Under the pieces are notes generated by a model. It saw only the letters and a program-made list of their open reading frames with translations, was not told the DNA's origin and made no database searches. The translations under genes and the position numbers were made by a program. A stretch of 64,000 bases of DNA, taken from assembly GCF_006345805.1 (NCBI RefSeq), contig NC_043005.1:33728001-33792000 (forward strand). The letters run 5' to 3'. This DNA is from Octopus sinensis (lineage: Eukaryota). The stretch's first letter is position 1. Each line of letters starts with the position of its first letter. Below are positions 1-13,267 of this stretch, one piece after another.

Positions 1-220
1 TATTCATCTATACCCAGCAATCTGCCCTATATCTCATGGTTCATTGTGGCGTAAGTTGACTCTCAGTATATTCTTCATTGATTTCATTCAAATAGTCACA
101 ACTATTGGTTGAGTATCAGTCTCTTGTTGTGTGTATATGTATGCATGAATTCAAGTATATGTGTATGTATGTATGTATATACATATATATGTATATGTGT
201 GTACACACACACACACCTGC

Positions 221-281
<61 letters not shown>

Positions 282-3054
282 TATAGACTGCAGTGTCTGT
301 GAAGGTAAATGGTAATTATCAGTTAACTGTAAAATACAAGCAATTATAAATAGAAATGATTTGCTTTGAGCTTTGACATATGATAGACTGTTATCTTTAT
401 CCATTAGCAAAGGCATAATGGAGACAAGAAGCATTCTGTTTCCTACCATGATGAGGAAAAATTCTCTACTTTTACTGCAAGATTATTCAAGTGAATTCTT
501 TGACTCATTGTAATAGAATTATTACGTTTATTAATAGCATAACACTATATGAAGCTCCATATATATGTTAAAGGTTATTCACAATTGTTATACAATCCCT
601 GAAGATTTGATAATGAAATCTATTTATAAGGGTTTTTTTTTTGTTTTTATAATAGATATTGTTGTTAATGAAATGTAAGATGATGTAATTAAATTATTTG
701 TGAATACTCTCTCCAGTTTTGCTTTTTTCTATATGTAATCTATGATATTGCTATGGAGAATAGTGATTAGACACTTAACTATAATTCACAAGATCTCTTT
801 TTAGTTTTCTCTTTTGATATATATATAAGGATGTACTGGTTTTATCTATAATGCATTAAAAGTCAGCTTGAATCATGGTTGGCTGGTTGCTTGCTTGCTT
901 GCAATGTTACCCAGCCAAACTGGCACTAATGGAGAAATACTATGAATTAGGTCTCCCCTGAAATGTAAATACAAATGGAATAAAATAAATTTCGTGTAAA
1001 TTGGATTAGTGGTTGTGGACATATTAGGAGTTTTCAGGGTATAAATACCCCAAACAGTGCATAATGGGAAAATTCTCTGAAATTAGCTTAATCCTGAAAG
1101 GGAAGAAACTGTTACTTTTCAATTAGTCACAGTGACTTGATAACAAAAAAATACGATTTGTTTTTTAACAGTAAATGTTTCTATTTTCACTTTTGTTAAA
1201 CACAGTATTTTAATCATTTAGAAATGTTTTTAAGTGAATGTGATTTCAAAAATATAAGTTGTTTGTACAGTAAGTATTTATATTTTAGCTTTCTTTAAAC
1301 AGACACTATCTTAATGTTTTTTAAATTATTTTCAAGTGAATACCTTTATAAAAATTCTTTTTAGCATATCTAGAAAATATTTTAAAGTGAAAATGATGGT
1401 AAATATTTCGTAAAAGACCTGTTAATAACCTCAATGGGAAATAATTTCTTTCCATAGGTTTTTGCAAGTGCATTCACCGTCTCTCACCTCCAAAGATTTG
1501 GCTGCTATTTCTAGCATGCCCTGCTACCGCATAACAGTTATTTGCGATAAAGGACCTGAAATACCTGTTACGTGGTAGCAGAGCATGCAAGAAATAGCAG
1601 CCAAATCTTTGCTTTTCTGGGGAAAGGAGTTGTTTACGCGTGATTTCGATGTCACATTCATGTGAAAGTATGTGAAATAACCTGGAAAAGAAAAAAAAAA
1701 CCCATGAAACAAAACTTCATTGCTGGGAAACTCAGGCTTTCCCAGTACCCAACAGGTCATGGGTAGTCTAGTTTCATATAATTTTAATTAAAATTACACT
1801 ATATTGTTATATGTGTGTGTGATTTTGCACATACATACATACATACATACATACATACATACATACATACATGTATATATATGTATGTGTATAAAGTCAT
1901 ATTATTAATGTTATATACAGTAATATTAAGGTGGCTAGCAAGTTCACACCTTTACAGGTACAATATGTTGTAATTTAAGAAAAGTATGATATAAATACCA
2001 CTTGCTAAAATCAAAGCCATAGCTAAAAAGAAAAAAAAAACACCTTAAAAATTATGATAAAGATACACGTGAGCAATGCATTTAACATTTATTTCTAAAA
2101 TTTTTCTAAAAATTTAACATCTATTTCTAAAATATTCACTACATTAGCTCATGTGCATTTCTAACTTTAGAAATAGATGTTAAATGCTGTTTTCAACTGA
2201 AGATCACAAAGCATGTTTATAATGCAAAGTGTGAAATCAATTGATATTGAAATATGTATTACTTATCTTTGTATTCCATTCAGAGGTAAGCCTATTTCTG
2301 AAGTGTTCATTGCATTGCTCATGTGTAAATTTTATTGTAATTTTTATGGTGTTTTTTTGAGCTATGGCTTTGATTTTAGTAAGTGCTAGTTATACCCTAC
2401 TTTTCTTAAATTACTGTATATTGTGCCTGTAAAGGTCTGAACTTGCTAGCCACATTATTATTACAGTATATAACGGTAATAATACGACTTTATTTAAATT
2501 TTTCTTGTTTATGATAGTTTCTTTTAAGTGGAGCAGGAAATTTAAAGTTAGAAATGCACATGAGTTAACATAGTGAATATTTTAGAAATAGATGTTAAAT
2601 GCTATTTTCAACTGAAGATTGCAAAGCATGTTTATCATGCGAAGCGCAAAATCAATTGGTATTGAAACATGTATTACTTATCTTTGTATTCCAGTCAGAG
2701 GTAAGCCTATTTCTGAAGTGTTCATTGTATTGCTCATGTGTATCTTTATCATAATTTTATGGTGGTTTTTTGACCTATGGCTTTGATTTTAGCAAGTGGT
2801 ATTTATACCCTACTTTTCTTAAATTACTATGTATGTATGTATATATATACTGACCTCTTAAAAGTGGATGTTGCATTAGAACACACAAATACTGCAATAT
2901 TTACCAACAGAGAAAACTCTCATATGCTTATTCGGTGTATAAAAGCATATCATAGCTATCATCTGCAGCAGACAATCACTGCTGCTTCTACTGCCAGGAC
3001 CACCAGATCACATGATTTCATCCTCTTTTTGTGTATATGTATGTTGTCTGCATG

Positions 3055-3094
<40 letters not shown>

Positions 3095-3116
3095 TGTGTG
3101 TGTGTGCGTGTATTGA

Positions 3117-3484
3117 GGCGCAATGACCCAGTGGTTAGGGCAGCAGACTCGCGGTCGTGGGATCGTGGTTTCAATTCCGAGATCAGGTGTTGTGAGTGTT
3201 TATTGAGCAAAAACATCTAAAGCTCCATGAGGCTCCGGCAGGGGTGGTGGTGAACCCTGCTGTACTCTTTCACCACAACTTTCTCTCACTCTGTCTTCCT
3301 CTTCCTATGTCTGTTATACCTATATTTCAAAGTGCCACACTGTATCATGCTGAATCTCCCCGAGAACTATGTTAAGAGTACATGTGTCTGTGGAGTGGTC
3401 AGCAACTTACACGTTAATTTCACGAGCAGGCTGTTCCGTTGATTGGATCAATTGAAACCCTTGTCATCATAACTGACGGAGTGT
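3117..3484 (+). mobile_element. tRNA-derived SINE (family 1)
   Basis: tRNA-like head with A box (TGACCCAGTGG) and B box (GGTTTCAATTCC) followed by a non-tRNA body; a related 3' fragment lies on the minus strand near 14940-14990. Confidence 0.75.
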
Positions 3485-4472
3485 CACGACAATGTTGTAT
3501 ATATGTATGTATAAGTTTATGTTTGTATGTGTTTCCATGTTTATATGTATATCTATGTTTGGCTTAATATGCAGGATTATTGAATCACATCCAGTTAATA
3601 TTGTGTTTTGCACCCAAAGCAAAGATACTAAACAATTGCCGGATTAGTTTAACTGAATATAGATACCATACAGAGGTGCAATTTAATTTCACAACCAGTG
3701 GAAGCACTGAATAATTGATATGAGGTGATGGCCTTCAAATATTAATGTTCAGTCTTTCTTCATCTGGATATGCCATAAAACATGATTATCACACTAAGAA
3801 TAGACTGAACAGAACAGGAGACATATGGGCTAGAGAGTTGCTGAAGAGGTCACAGGATGTGTATGAAAAATTTCCAGACAAAAGGACATAAAATAATAAT
3901 AATAATAAGCAAGTGAAGAGTGAATATATAGTGTTTGTGTTTATTTGTCAAGAAGAAAAAAATGACCATAGTGAAATATATCAATAAACTAAGAATGTTT
4001 ATAAATATTGTTGAGAAATGAACAAAAACTACATTTTCTTTAAATTACAGTTGCCTCTATTGGGTACTATGAAGGCAAAGCTAATTACTGTCGAATGACA
4101 CAGAGAAGAGCATGGGACTTGCGATGGCGACCACAAAAGAAACGGAAACCACAAGTAACTATGAGTAATACTGTTAATGAAAATAAAAAATCTTAATAAT
4201 CTCTACAATTAATTCCTTTGTTTTTGTTGTTCCCTTTTAGTCATCTGTTCTCATTATAAATTTCTTTAAAGCAATTCTCGGTGCATCTATGTGCTGGAAA
4301 TTTAAAAAAAAACCCCCAGAAAACTGCATTCATGGCCTGTAAGCAATACAAAGTTACATTCACATATTTGACTGTTTGGGTTCAAATTCCTTGACTGAAA
4401 ATCAGCAGCAGTAATTTAGTGACAGTGAGAATCAATGCCTAAATTTTTTTTTCTTTTTAAAAAAAAAAATCC

Positions 4473-6890
4473 TCAAACAAACTGAGAAAGTTTTTTTTGG
4501 AAATGTACAATTCTGCCACTTCTAGTTTTCTTTACATTTGTAGGTGATTTTAGAATTGATTTCGCTTTTCCCTCAACATCGGATTTGTCTTTTTCTATAT
4601 CATTTTGTTTCACGTTGTGTTGATGTGTGTTGCTCATATCTCCGTTTTCATGACATGGATATTGGTCGAAATAAGCTTTTTTTACTCTGTCGACACTGAC
4701 AATTTCTTTCTTTCCATTCATTTCCAAAGTCATAGTTTTGTCTGTAACTGATAAGACTTTAAAAGGTCCGGTGTATTTATATTTCAGTGAATTATGAGCT
4801 GCATCGTTACGGACATACACATGTGTCCAAGATTTTATATCCGAAGGAAGAAAGCTTTTAACATTTTGCAATTTTCTTGTAAAAGAAGGAATATCAGTAA
4901 GAAATCTTTTTAGACGAGTTACATAATCATTAACATCTCCATTGAAAAAATTAATTTCTTCGAACATTTGAGCAGGTAGAGTTAATGTTGTTCCGTACAA
5001 AAGTTCAGCCGGAGAATATTGTATATTTTCTTTAACGGCACTTCTAATTCCTAACAATACTACTGGTAAGGCCTCTAGCCAACTGTTAGAATCAGAATAG
5101 GTTCTTAATGAAGATTTCAACTGTCTATGGAACCTTTCTACCATTCCGTTAGACTGTGGGTGATATGAAGTTGTACGAATTCTATTAATTCCCAACAATT
5201 TATTGAATTCTGCGAACAAGTTAGACTCAAATTGTCTACCACGATTTGTTGTCACTGTATTTGGGATGCCAAATTTAGACATCCAATTGGTAAATAAGGT
5301 TTTTGCTATAGTTACTGCAGATACGTCTTTTATCGGAGAAGCCTCGGGCCATCACGAAAAGCGATCGACACACGTCAACAAATACATATTATCCTCACAT
5401 ACATATTATCTTATGGAGGTAAGGGTCCAACAATATCGATGTGGATATGTTGGAATCTTGCATCCGGATTTGCAAACGTACCTAATGGTGCTTTGATATG
5501 ACGCTGCACTTTGGATTTCTGACATTGTATACATGACTTTACCAATGAACGAATATCCTTATTCATACCAGGCCAAACAAAACAACTTGATATTAATTTT
5601 AACGAAGCTTCTATACCTGGATGAGATAAATTATGTAAGCTAGAAAAAACATTTTTTTAATGCTTTTCAGGCACAAATGGTCTCGAAAAACCTGTTGAAA
5701 TATCACACCAAATATGTGAATTACACGAATGTATCGGCAACATTTTAAATTTTAAAGCAGTTGAATCGGAATTTTTATATAAAGAAAATTCTTTATCTGC
5801 AACTTGATCCTTAGACATTTCTTCCAAATTTATAGTGTTTAATGAGTTTAATGCATCTACATTCATTCTAGAAAGTGCATCTGCTGCTGAATTTTCAACA
5901 CCCTTGATACAACGTATATCCACAGTAAACTGTGAAATAAAATCAAGGTGTCTAACTTCTCTCGGAGAATATTTCTCCGAAGAATTTTTTAACGCATATG
6001 TTAATGGTTTATGGTCAGTGAATAAAGTAAATGACCTACCTTCAAGAAGATGTCTGAAATGTTTAATTGACAAATAAGCTGCCAACAATTCTCTGCTGAA
6101 CACACTGTATTTAGTTTCTGGTGCCTTGAATTTTTTTGAAAAAAAAATGCTAATGGTTGCCAGGAATTACAGTGAAATTGCTGTAGAATGCCACCGATTC
6201 CAACATCGGAAGCATCAACCATGAATGATAATTTCGCTTCAGGAACCTGATGGTTTAAAAACATTGCTTTACATAGTTTCTCTTTAATTTATTTAAAAGC
6301 TTGTAATTCTGTTTCTTTTAAAGTTATGGCTTAATTTTTTTTTTCTATTTTTCAATAGCTCAGTTAAGGGATATAGGGTTTCTGTAACTTTAGGAATAAA
6401 CTTTCTGTAAAAATTAACTATCCCTAAAAATTCTCTGAACTTCCTTAAATTATTTGGTACAGGAAAGTTTTTTATTGCTTCAACTTTTTCTGGTAATGGG
6501 CGAATTCCATCTTTATCTATAAGATGACCCAAAAAAGATATAGTTGTTTCACCAAAAACACATTTCAATGGATTTATCACAATGCCAAAATTCGTCAATC
6601 TTTCGAAAATTTTTTAAAATGTTCTTTATGTGTTTCTTCTGATGGACTGGCAATGAGAATATCATCTATATAAGCAAATACGAAAGGTAATTCTCGTGTT
6701 ACCTCGTCCATGAATCTTTGAAAAGTATTTGCTGCGTTCCTCAATCCGAAAGGCATGCGAAGAAATTCAAATAAACCAAATGGAGTGGTAATGGCTGTCT
6801 TCGGTATATCATTTTCTGCCACAGGAATTTGATTGTATGCTCTGACTAAATCAATTTTTGAAAAAATAGTACAACCATGAGATTCCTGAC
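4473..6890 (-). mobile_element. Ty3/Gypsy pol remnant (RT, RNase H, integrase); no LTRs seen
   Basis: RT motifs RMPFGLRNA and AYIDDILI; RNase H DASDVGIG and FTDHKPL; HHCC finger LHNLSHPG...CIQC; integrase HPQSNGMVERFH. Contains frameshifts and stops. Confidence 0.95.
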
Positions 6891-7059
6891 TACGTTTTGG
6901 GCTTTGCTCAAAATCTTCACTTAAAACATGGAACCTATTGGGTGATAAAATTTGCTATGAATATTCATGTGAGAAGTTATAATTTTTAGTTGTCTTTCTA
7001 TAGATAATCCATTTTTGGGTAGGTGATAGAATGTGAGTGACTTCTGTGGTTTTTGTTGA

Positions 7060-7420
7060 CATTTGAAAAACCTTGTTTTCGAGACAAACTCTTAAATGTG
7101 CTCACATTTTTGACTGATCAAATAAAAACTTCTCTGGAGCATTTCCAATGACCAGTTCAAATGCATATGTTGGAGCAAAAAGGCCACAGTCATATGTGCC
7201 AACTTGGGGATTTGTTATATGAACTTGTTCAACTGTAGGAACACTGTTTGTTTGTGATGAGTAAAACATTGTTATTTGTGCTATTAGTTCCTGCGAAATT
7301 GGTAAGTTCAAACTGTCATAAATATAAACATCTCTGAGAAATTGGTCAACAAAACAAAATGATTGATCCTGGTGTGATGAATGAACAGAGTGCGGTGTTG
7401 GAAATTTCATATGAGAAAAA
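7060..7420 (-). pseudogene. Ulp1/C48-type cysteine protease fragment of probable transposon origin
   Basis: VYIYDSL...QVGTYDCGLFA...FDQSKMRAHLRVCLE matches the Ulp1-like catalytic Gln/Cys region seen in DNA transposons. Confidence 0.65.
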
Positions 7421-8051
7421 ATGGTCTTTTTAAAACAGTTTAACCAAAATACTGTGATTTCATTTAATCGTATTTATTTAAGATATTAAGGAAACTTGGC
7501 CAGGCTACATACAGTAATAATAATCTCACAATAAAAAATATCTCTAAAAAAGTTTCAAAAAGAGATTAAAAACAGTTAAATGTATTTTATTTACTTAACA
7601 CAGCATTTCTCCCTCAGACTTCATCCCATGTTGTTTCCAAATTGTCATCTTCCAGTATTTCTTTTATCAGAACACTATTGTTGTTGTTAGTTTCTTTAAG
7701 AGATCTTTTATTATCTTTTCACTATGAAATCTAGTCTAGTTATTTTTTTTTTGTTTTTTTTTTGTGAGGATTCGGTATGATGGCTTACTTTAGCTACTTC
7801 ATGGGAATAATAATTAAAACTCAACTGTAGAAGCACAATTTGTTGATTTATTTATTAGTAATGAAGATAATAAAAACTAGTTGCATGTATTTCAATCTTA
7901 TCTGAATCTCTTCAGAGTGAAACTTGAAAAAAAAAAACATTATTTCTTTTCTATTTATCATCAGTATATTATAATAAAAATTGCTTTCTAGAAATGTGCT
8001 CTGCTTTTCAATATTCTTCACAAGCTTTTGGTGTCAAAGTCACTTCCCAGT

Positions 8052-8122
8052 TTACAAATGGGGATCTAATAAACATGGTCTTCTGAATGTTTGTCCTGCT
8101 TCTCGAATCCATTTGGTACTTA
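8052..8122 (-). CDS. P4HA: P4HA-A exon 13 (last)
   Basis: TTATTTAG|(I)STKWIREAGQTFRRPCLLDPHL*; candidate AATAAA at 7851-7856 (minus strand). Confidence 0.94.
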
Positions 8123-8737
8123 CTAAATAAAGAAACAAGACAACATAGCAAAGTCTTTTGAGATGTTTCAGTATTAAAATAATACATAGATGTAGTCTTT
8201 AACCAGTAAAACAATATAATTGGTGATGTGCAACTATCATGTGATGTTAAAACAAAGAGACAGTAACACACACATACTTACACATGTACACACACATACA
8301 CACACGCATAAATATAAATGCATATGCATCATGCCCTTTTTTAAAAAACTTCTTTATTAATTTTCTTGCTTTCAACTTGTATATTACACTGAAGACGGCA
8401 AAGGGATTTTATATCTCTAAGCTAGAAATCAATCTATAACTAACCGTTTAAAAAAAAATTTTTTTTTAATTTAAAAAAAAAATCTTTATTGAGTTTCTTA
8501 CTTTCAACCTGTGCTAACGGAGTGCAAGATGTGGTTTTTAGCACCATTTGGCATCTCTCTCTAGCATGTCGGTGTTGTTTATCAGCCCCCTTTACTATAA
8601 TTATATCTATATAATTATTTATTAATATTAATTGTTACCTACATGGTTTTTATTGCATGCTGGCTACTTGATAAAATCTTTCTAATGATTTTATCCTTAA
8701 TTATGTATAAATATATACATATGTATAATATATATAT

Positions 8738-9120
8738 ATCATCATCATCATCATCGTTTAGCGTCCGTTTTCCATGCTGTTATGAGTTCGACGGTTCGAC
8801 CGGGGTCTGGGAAGCCAGGAGGCTGCACCAGGCTCCAGTCTGATCTGGCAGTGTTTCTACAGCTGGATGCCCTTCCTAACGCCAACCACTCTGTGAGTGT
8901 AGTGGGTGCTTTTTATGTGCCACCAGCACAGTGGCTGTGATTGGTTGGTACTTTTTACGTGCCACCGGCACAGAAGCCAGTCAAGGCAGTGCTGGCATTG
9001 GCCACGTTCGGATGGTGCTTTTTATGTACCACCAGCACAGGTATCATAACTACAATTTCCATTTGATATTTATTTTGATATTGATGTACTTGACTCAATA
9101 GGTCTCCTCAAGCACAGCAG
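8738..9120 (-). mobile_element. RTE LINE 3'-end fragment
   Basis: Reverse complement of the 17390-17560 3' UTR, with a (TGA)n tail. Confidence 0.85.
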
Positions 9121-9129
9121 GGGTATAAA

Positions 9130-9169
<40 letters not shown>

Positions 9170-9771
9170 CACACACACACACACATGAGTGTGTGTGTGT
9201 GTGTATATATGTATGTGTGTATGTATATATGTATATATATATATATGTATATATCACTTGATTGATCAAATTATCGGATGTTGTTATGCATCACTGGTCA
9301 CAATACACTTTGCATAATTTTAGCATCTGAACGATCTGCTCCACTGGCTAAGCAAGCAAGCCAATATATATCATATATCATAAGGTCCAGAAGGTGTATT
9401 TAACAATTAACCTTTTTCACCTGACAAAGTAGTCCAAATTTTGCATTATCCTCAATGAACTTTTCGCATGTTGCATTAATGCAGACATGTCAGTAGCTTA
9501 TTTATTATTAAATATGATAAGATGAATATTTACATGTTTTGGGATTACTGAAACAAATTTGTTGTGATATTTTGATGTTTATTGTTAAATAAAGTTCATC
9601 ATAATTTTTCTCCATCATTTATATTTTTATGCTTTCCTTATTCTTTTCTCATGTATATTACTATATACTCCATATGGTTTGTGGTATGACAAACTAAAGA
9701 GCTTTTTTAAGAGTACTATGAGATTACTTGAATCCATATAGCGTGACTTATATTTATATATACTTATATAA

Positions 9772-9811
<40 letters not shown>

Positions 9812-9888
9812 ATGTGCGTATACACACACTTATATATACATATGCATACACACACACGTGCGCGCGCACACACACATGTATATATATA

Positions 9889-11135
9889 CAGGATGCAGTG
9901 AATAAATTGTCTAAATTATGCAAAAATGAAAATAACACTGACATCTCATTTCGACAGATTTTTTACCAAAATTACATTAAAATATCTTGAGATAGTAAAG
10001 AGTAAATTTATTCAACAAAATTGCCGTTGGCTTCAACTGACAACTTTGGAATCTCCTTCAACTCTTCTGGATGGTCTCCTTGTTTAAGTTGGTGAATGCT
10101 GCTATAATCCTTGCCTTCAGTTCATCTTTGGTGTTACAAGGAGTTTTGTTGGTCTCTCTCTCAACTGTGCCCCATACATAATAATCAAGGGGATTGCAGT
10201 CTGGTAAGTTAGGTGGCCAAATGTTAGGGGTAATGTGCTTGCAGAAAGCCATGACTGGGTTCTTCTGCCTGTGTGGCATGTCATAGAGTCCTATTGCCAA
10301 ACATAGGGTCTTTCAGCAGCTCTCTCTTGACTCAGGCAGCCCTACCTCCTCCAGGCACTTGATGTAGGCCTCTGTGTTGAGTCTGAGGCTGTGTAGGAAA
10401 ATGAACAGAGGCATAACGTTGCCATTACTAGTGATCACTCTAGACACCATGATGTTGACTGGATGTTTGATTTTTATCACACTTGGAACATGTTTTGGGG
10501 ACAGAGCAAGCCAACTGTTGTTTTGGCAGAATATTTTCTGGTTTAAGAAAAACCAAAGCATGTTCAGTTGGAGGGGATACATGAGTCTGTTCAAAAGCTT
10601 TGGAACACAGATTTTCTTCTTGTCCATGATGGCTTGGGAAAAAAAATTGATCCTTTCTCATCTTGTATGAGGAATACTGAATGTCTTCATGCACAACCTA
10701 CCCGGATAAGATACTCCCATATCCTGTGCAATGGACCTGATTGACTTGAAGATTTTGTTGTCAATCATGGCCTGGATCTCACCAACAAATTCAGGAGTTC
10801 TTTTCTTATCAGAATGATGAGAGTGAGTTTCCCAAGCTGCCATATCTTCATAGTAGCCATTAGAGTCATCCAAGTCTTTCCAAATCCTCTGCACTGTCCT
10901 CAGACTGACACCCAAACACTCTGAAATGTTCATATTAGAGCTTCTGGTATGGGTGCTAAGCAGTAAAGCATGTCGTTTCCAAATTTCTGGCAGAGGGAAT
11001 TGTATCATGGACCTGTTTTTCTCATAGATGATGCCCAACTGCTCCTACAAAACTGTGTAGTCAACAAAGTCAAAAGCAATGCACATGTGCAAAATTAAAA
11101 TTGTAAAATGGCAACAATTTACCCATCGCACCATG
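9889..11135 (-). mobile_element. Decayed maT/DD37D Tc1-mariner element
   Basis: WPPNLPDCNPLDYYVWG motif; degenerate ~29-bp TIRs, each flanked by TA (TA-caggatgcagtgaataaattg ... caatttacccatcgcaccatg-TA). Confidence 0.8.
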
Positions 11136-11369
11136 TATATATATATGTATGTGTGTTTGTGTTTGTGTGTGTAAATGTATATTTATATGTATGTATGTAT
11201 ATATATGTGTGTGTATATATATATATATGTGTGTGTATATATATATATATATGTGTGTGTGCATGTATACATACATATACACACACACATATATATATTA
11301 AAAGTCAGGGTACAATATGTACCTTTTTGCTAGAAAGAAGAGTTAAAACTCCCCAAAGCCACACCTCTC

Positions 11370-11900
11370 TCAATATTTGTTAACACGCACAGAGAATGTA
11401 GCAAATATACTTAAAGCAGTTATTTTTTTAGTATATTCGTAGTTAAGAGTGATGACAGCTACATTTGTAGGTGCAAGAACAACCCTGTCGTGAAGCCAAT
11501 CTGGTTTTATGTATTCCATTGTAAGATTTGGGTAAACAGCAGAACATAAGTAGTTAGGGATGGAGACATCATGGCTAATGGTGGTAGTGTCAATGTATCC
11601 ATTGTCGTTGGATGCAATTTGTCCATTGCTGATTTTAAGGAGCATTTCTGAAAACTGGATTGTAGGCTGACCCAGTAAATGGGCAGTGTAAGAACTGTAG
11701 TAGAAGATGAAGTGAAAGTAGCATAACTATTCATCAAGATTAATGTCCCCCAAAGCAACGATCTTTGGTATTTGTTATTTACCTATGAGAAGGTGTTTTT
11801 ACCTCCTAGGGGCAACATTACTCATTATGTGGAAAATTTGAAGAGTCTATGACCATCTCTGGAACATAAGTGATGCACATTCCTAGTGTGAACAAAATCG
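11370..11900 (-). mobile_element. Helitron RepHel (PIF1 helicase) fragment
   Basis: LLKISNGQ...VYPNL...DWLHDRVVLAPTNVAV resembles Helitron helicase (W L ERAILAP N V). Confidence 0.75.
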
Positions 11901-12139
11901 GATGAAAATGTTAATTTTAAGGGGGATCAAGAAAAAGGCCTGTACACACATGTACAAACACACATCTTCAGTTTTTTTATATAAAAGACACACACACACT
12001 CACACACACATATACATACAGGTACATACAGACACTTGCATGGACTATGCATCCACATACACAGAGACACATACAAGCACATACATGCACAATTGTTAAT
12101 GTTTAGTTACTCTAGAAAAGAATGAAAAGTTACTCTTAC

Positions 12140-12236
12140 TCCATTTGTCACCAAATATAACTGGGCAACCTCCATGGAGCAGACGTGTATCTGGTGTCCC
12201 ATTGCGATGTAAGTTGTACCACACAGCTGCTGCACC
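12140..12236 (-). CDS. P4HA: P4HA-A exon 12 (distal His ligand)
   Basis: TTTTAG|GAAAVWYNLHRNGTPDTRLLHGGCPVIFGDKW+A|GTAAGA; 97 nt. Confidence 0.96.
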
Positions 12237-12547
12237 CTAAAACAATAACAACAACAAAAAAATAAATATTAAACCATGTGGTGTGGGATTTAATTGAAGA
12301 AATTATCACAAAGTATTACATATTGTATAATTTCAAATAATGATTTCTAACTGAAATACAAAACCACAAACATTAGGAGAGAGAGCAGTCATTTATATTG
12401 ATCCTAGTATATCACTGTTACAAAGATGAAAGGTTACTAGTGACAATGGAATGAATATTGGGGAATCACAAGCAAATAGTTCGAGGCATTTTGTTTGTTG
12501 CTCTACCAATTTCACCATTCACTGAAAAATATGATACAGTACAAGGA

Positions 12548-12969
12548 TATGGTTACATGATATGAAGCTTGCTCCCTAACCACATGGTTCAGGGTTCAGT
12601 CTCATTGCATGGTACCTTGGACAAATGTCTTCTACTACAGCCTCAGGTGACCAAAGCCTTGTGAATGGATCTGGTTGATGGAAAGTGAAAGAAGCCTGTC
12701 GTGTGTGTATGTGTGTGTGTGTGTGTGTGTGTGAGTGTATCTTTGTGTCTGTGTTTGTCCCCCACCACCACTTGATAACTGATGTTGATATGTCCCTGTA
12801 ACTTAGTAGTTCGGCAAAAAGGGAATGATAGAATAAGTGCCAGGCTTAACAAAAAAAAAATAAAATAAGTACTGGAATTGATTCGTTTGACTAAAAGTTC
12901 TTCAAGGTGGTGCCTCAGCATGGCCACAGTCTAATGATTGAAACAGATAAAAGACAAAAGATAAAAGAT
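12548..12969 (+). mobile_element. SINE family 2, near full length
   Basis: tRNA-like head, ggcaagtgtcttctactatagcc-type core, internal (GT)n, (TAAAAGA)n-like tail. Other copies: 25388-25550, 29037-29440, 47880-48070, 50180-50320, 55365-55765, 57790-57940 (all minus). Confidence 0.8.
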
Positions 12970-13199
12970 ACTGCCCTACCTTGAGACTAGTTTTGGTTCT
13001 ATGATGTAAACCCTCTTATTTGAGAATGTTCACATTTTAGTCAAGACCACATACATGAGAACATTTTTGCTTAGTTAAATTAACAACAAAATTTTTATTT
13101 AATTAAAACCTCTCAAATCTTGATTGTATTGAAAAATAATTGAGATGCATAGCTAATATATTTTGTCAGATATATAGTAATGAAACAGTTAAGTCAAAC

Positions 13200-13267
13200 C
13201 TTTACAATTGGTACATGGATGTTAAGTTTCGGAACACTGTTGCACCTCCCATTAGGACATCACTTAG
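13200..13267 (-). pseudogene. P4HA: P4HA-A exon 11, 68 nt, carrying a -1 frameshift
   Basis: TTTTCCAG|LSDVLMGGATVF then shifts; the other frame gives (P)KLNIHVPIVK|GTTTGA. The paralog B exon is 69 nt. Confidence 0.9.

Noticed and set aside
102-449. Many ORF-track entries rich in VCVC, THTH, YIYI or MYVC
   Set aside because: Translations of (CA)n, (TA)n and (CATA)n microsatellites; this applies across the whole window.
3117-3190. Possible tRNA gene
   Set aside because: A and B boxes are present but I see no complete cloverleaf, and it runs into a SINE body.
3575-4198. Plus-strand exon-like segments (LLNHIQLILCFAPKAK... at 3575-3674; ASIGYYEGKANYCRMTQRRAWDLRW... at 4051-4198) and a possible ATGGCG start near 4123
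   Set aside because: No recognisable homology and no consistent phase chain; cannot be supported without RNA data.
8385-8450. CTGAAGA...GAAA hammerhead-like motif
   Set aside because: Stem I and stem III cannot be formed.
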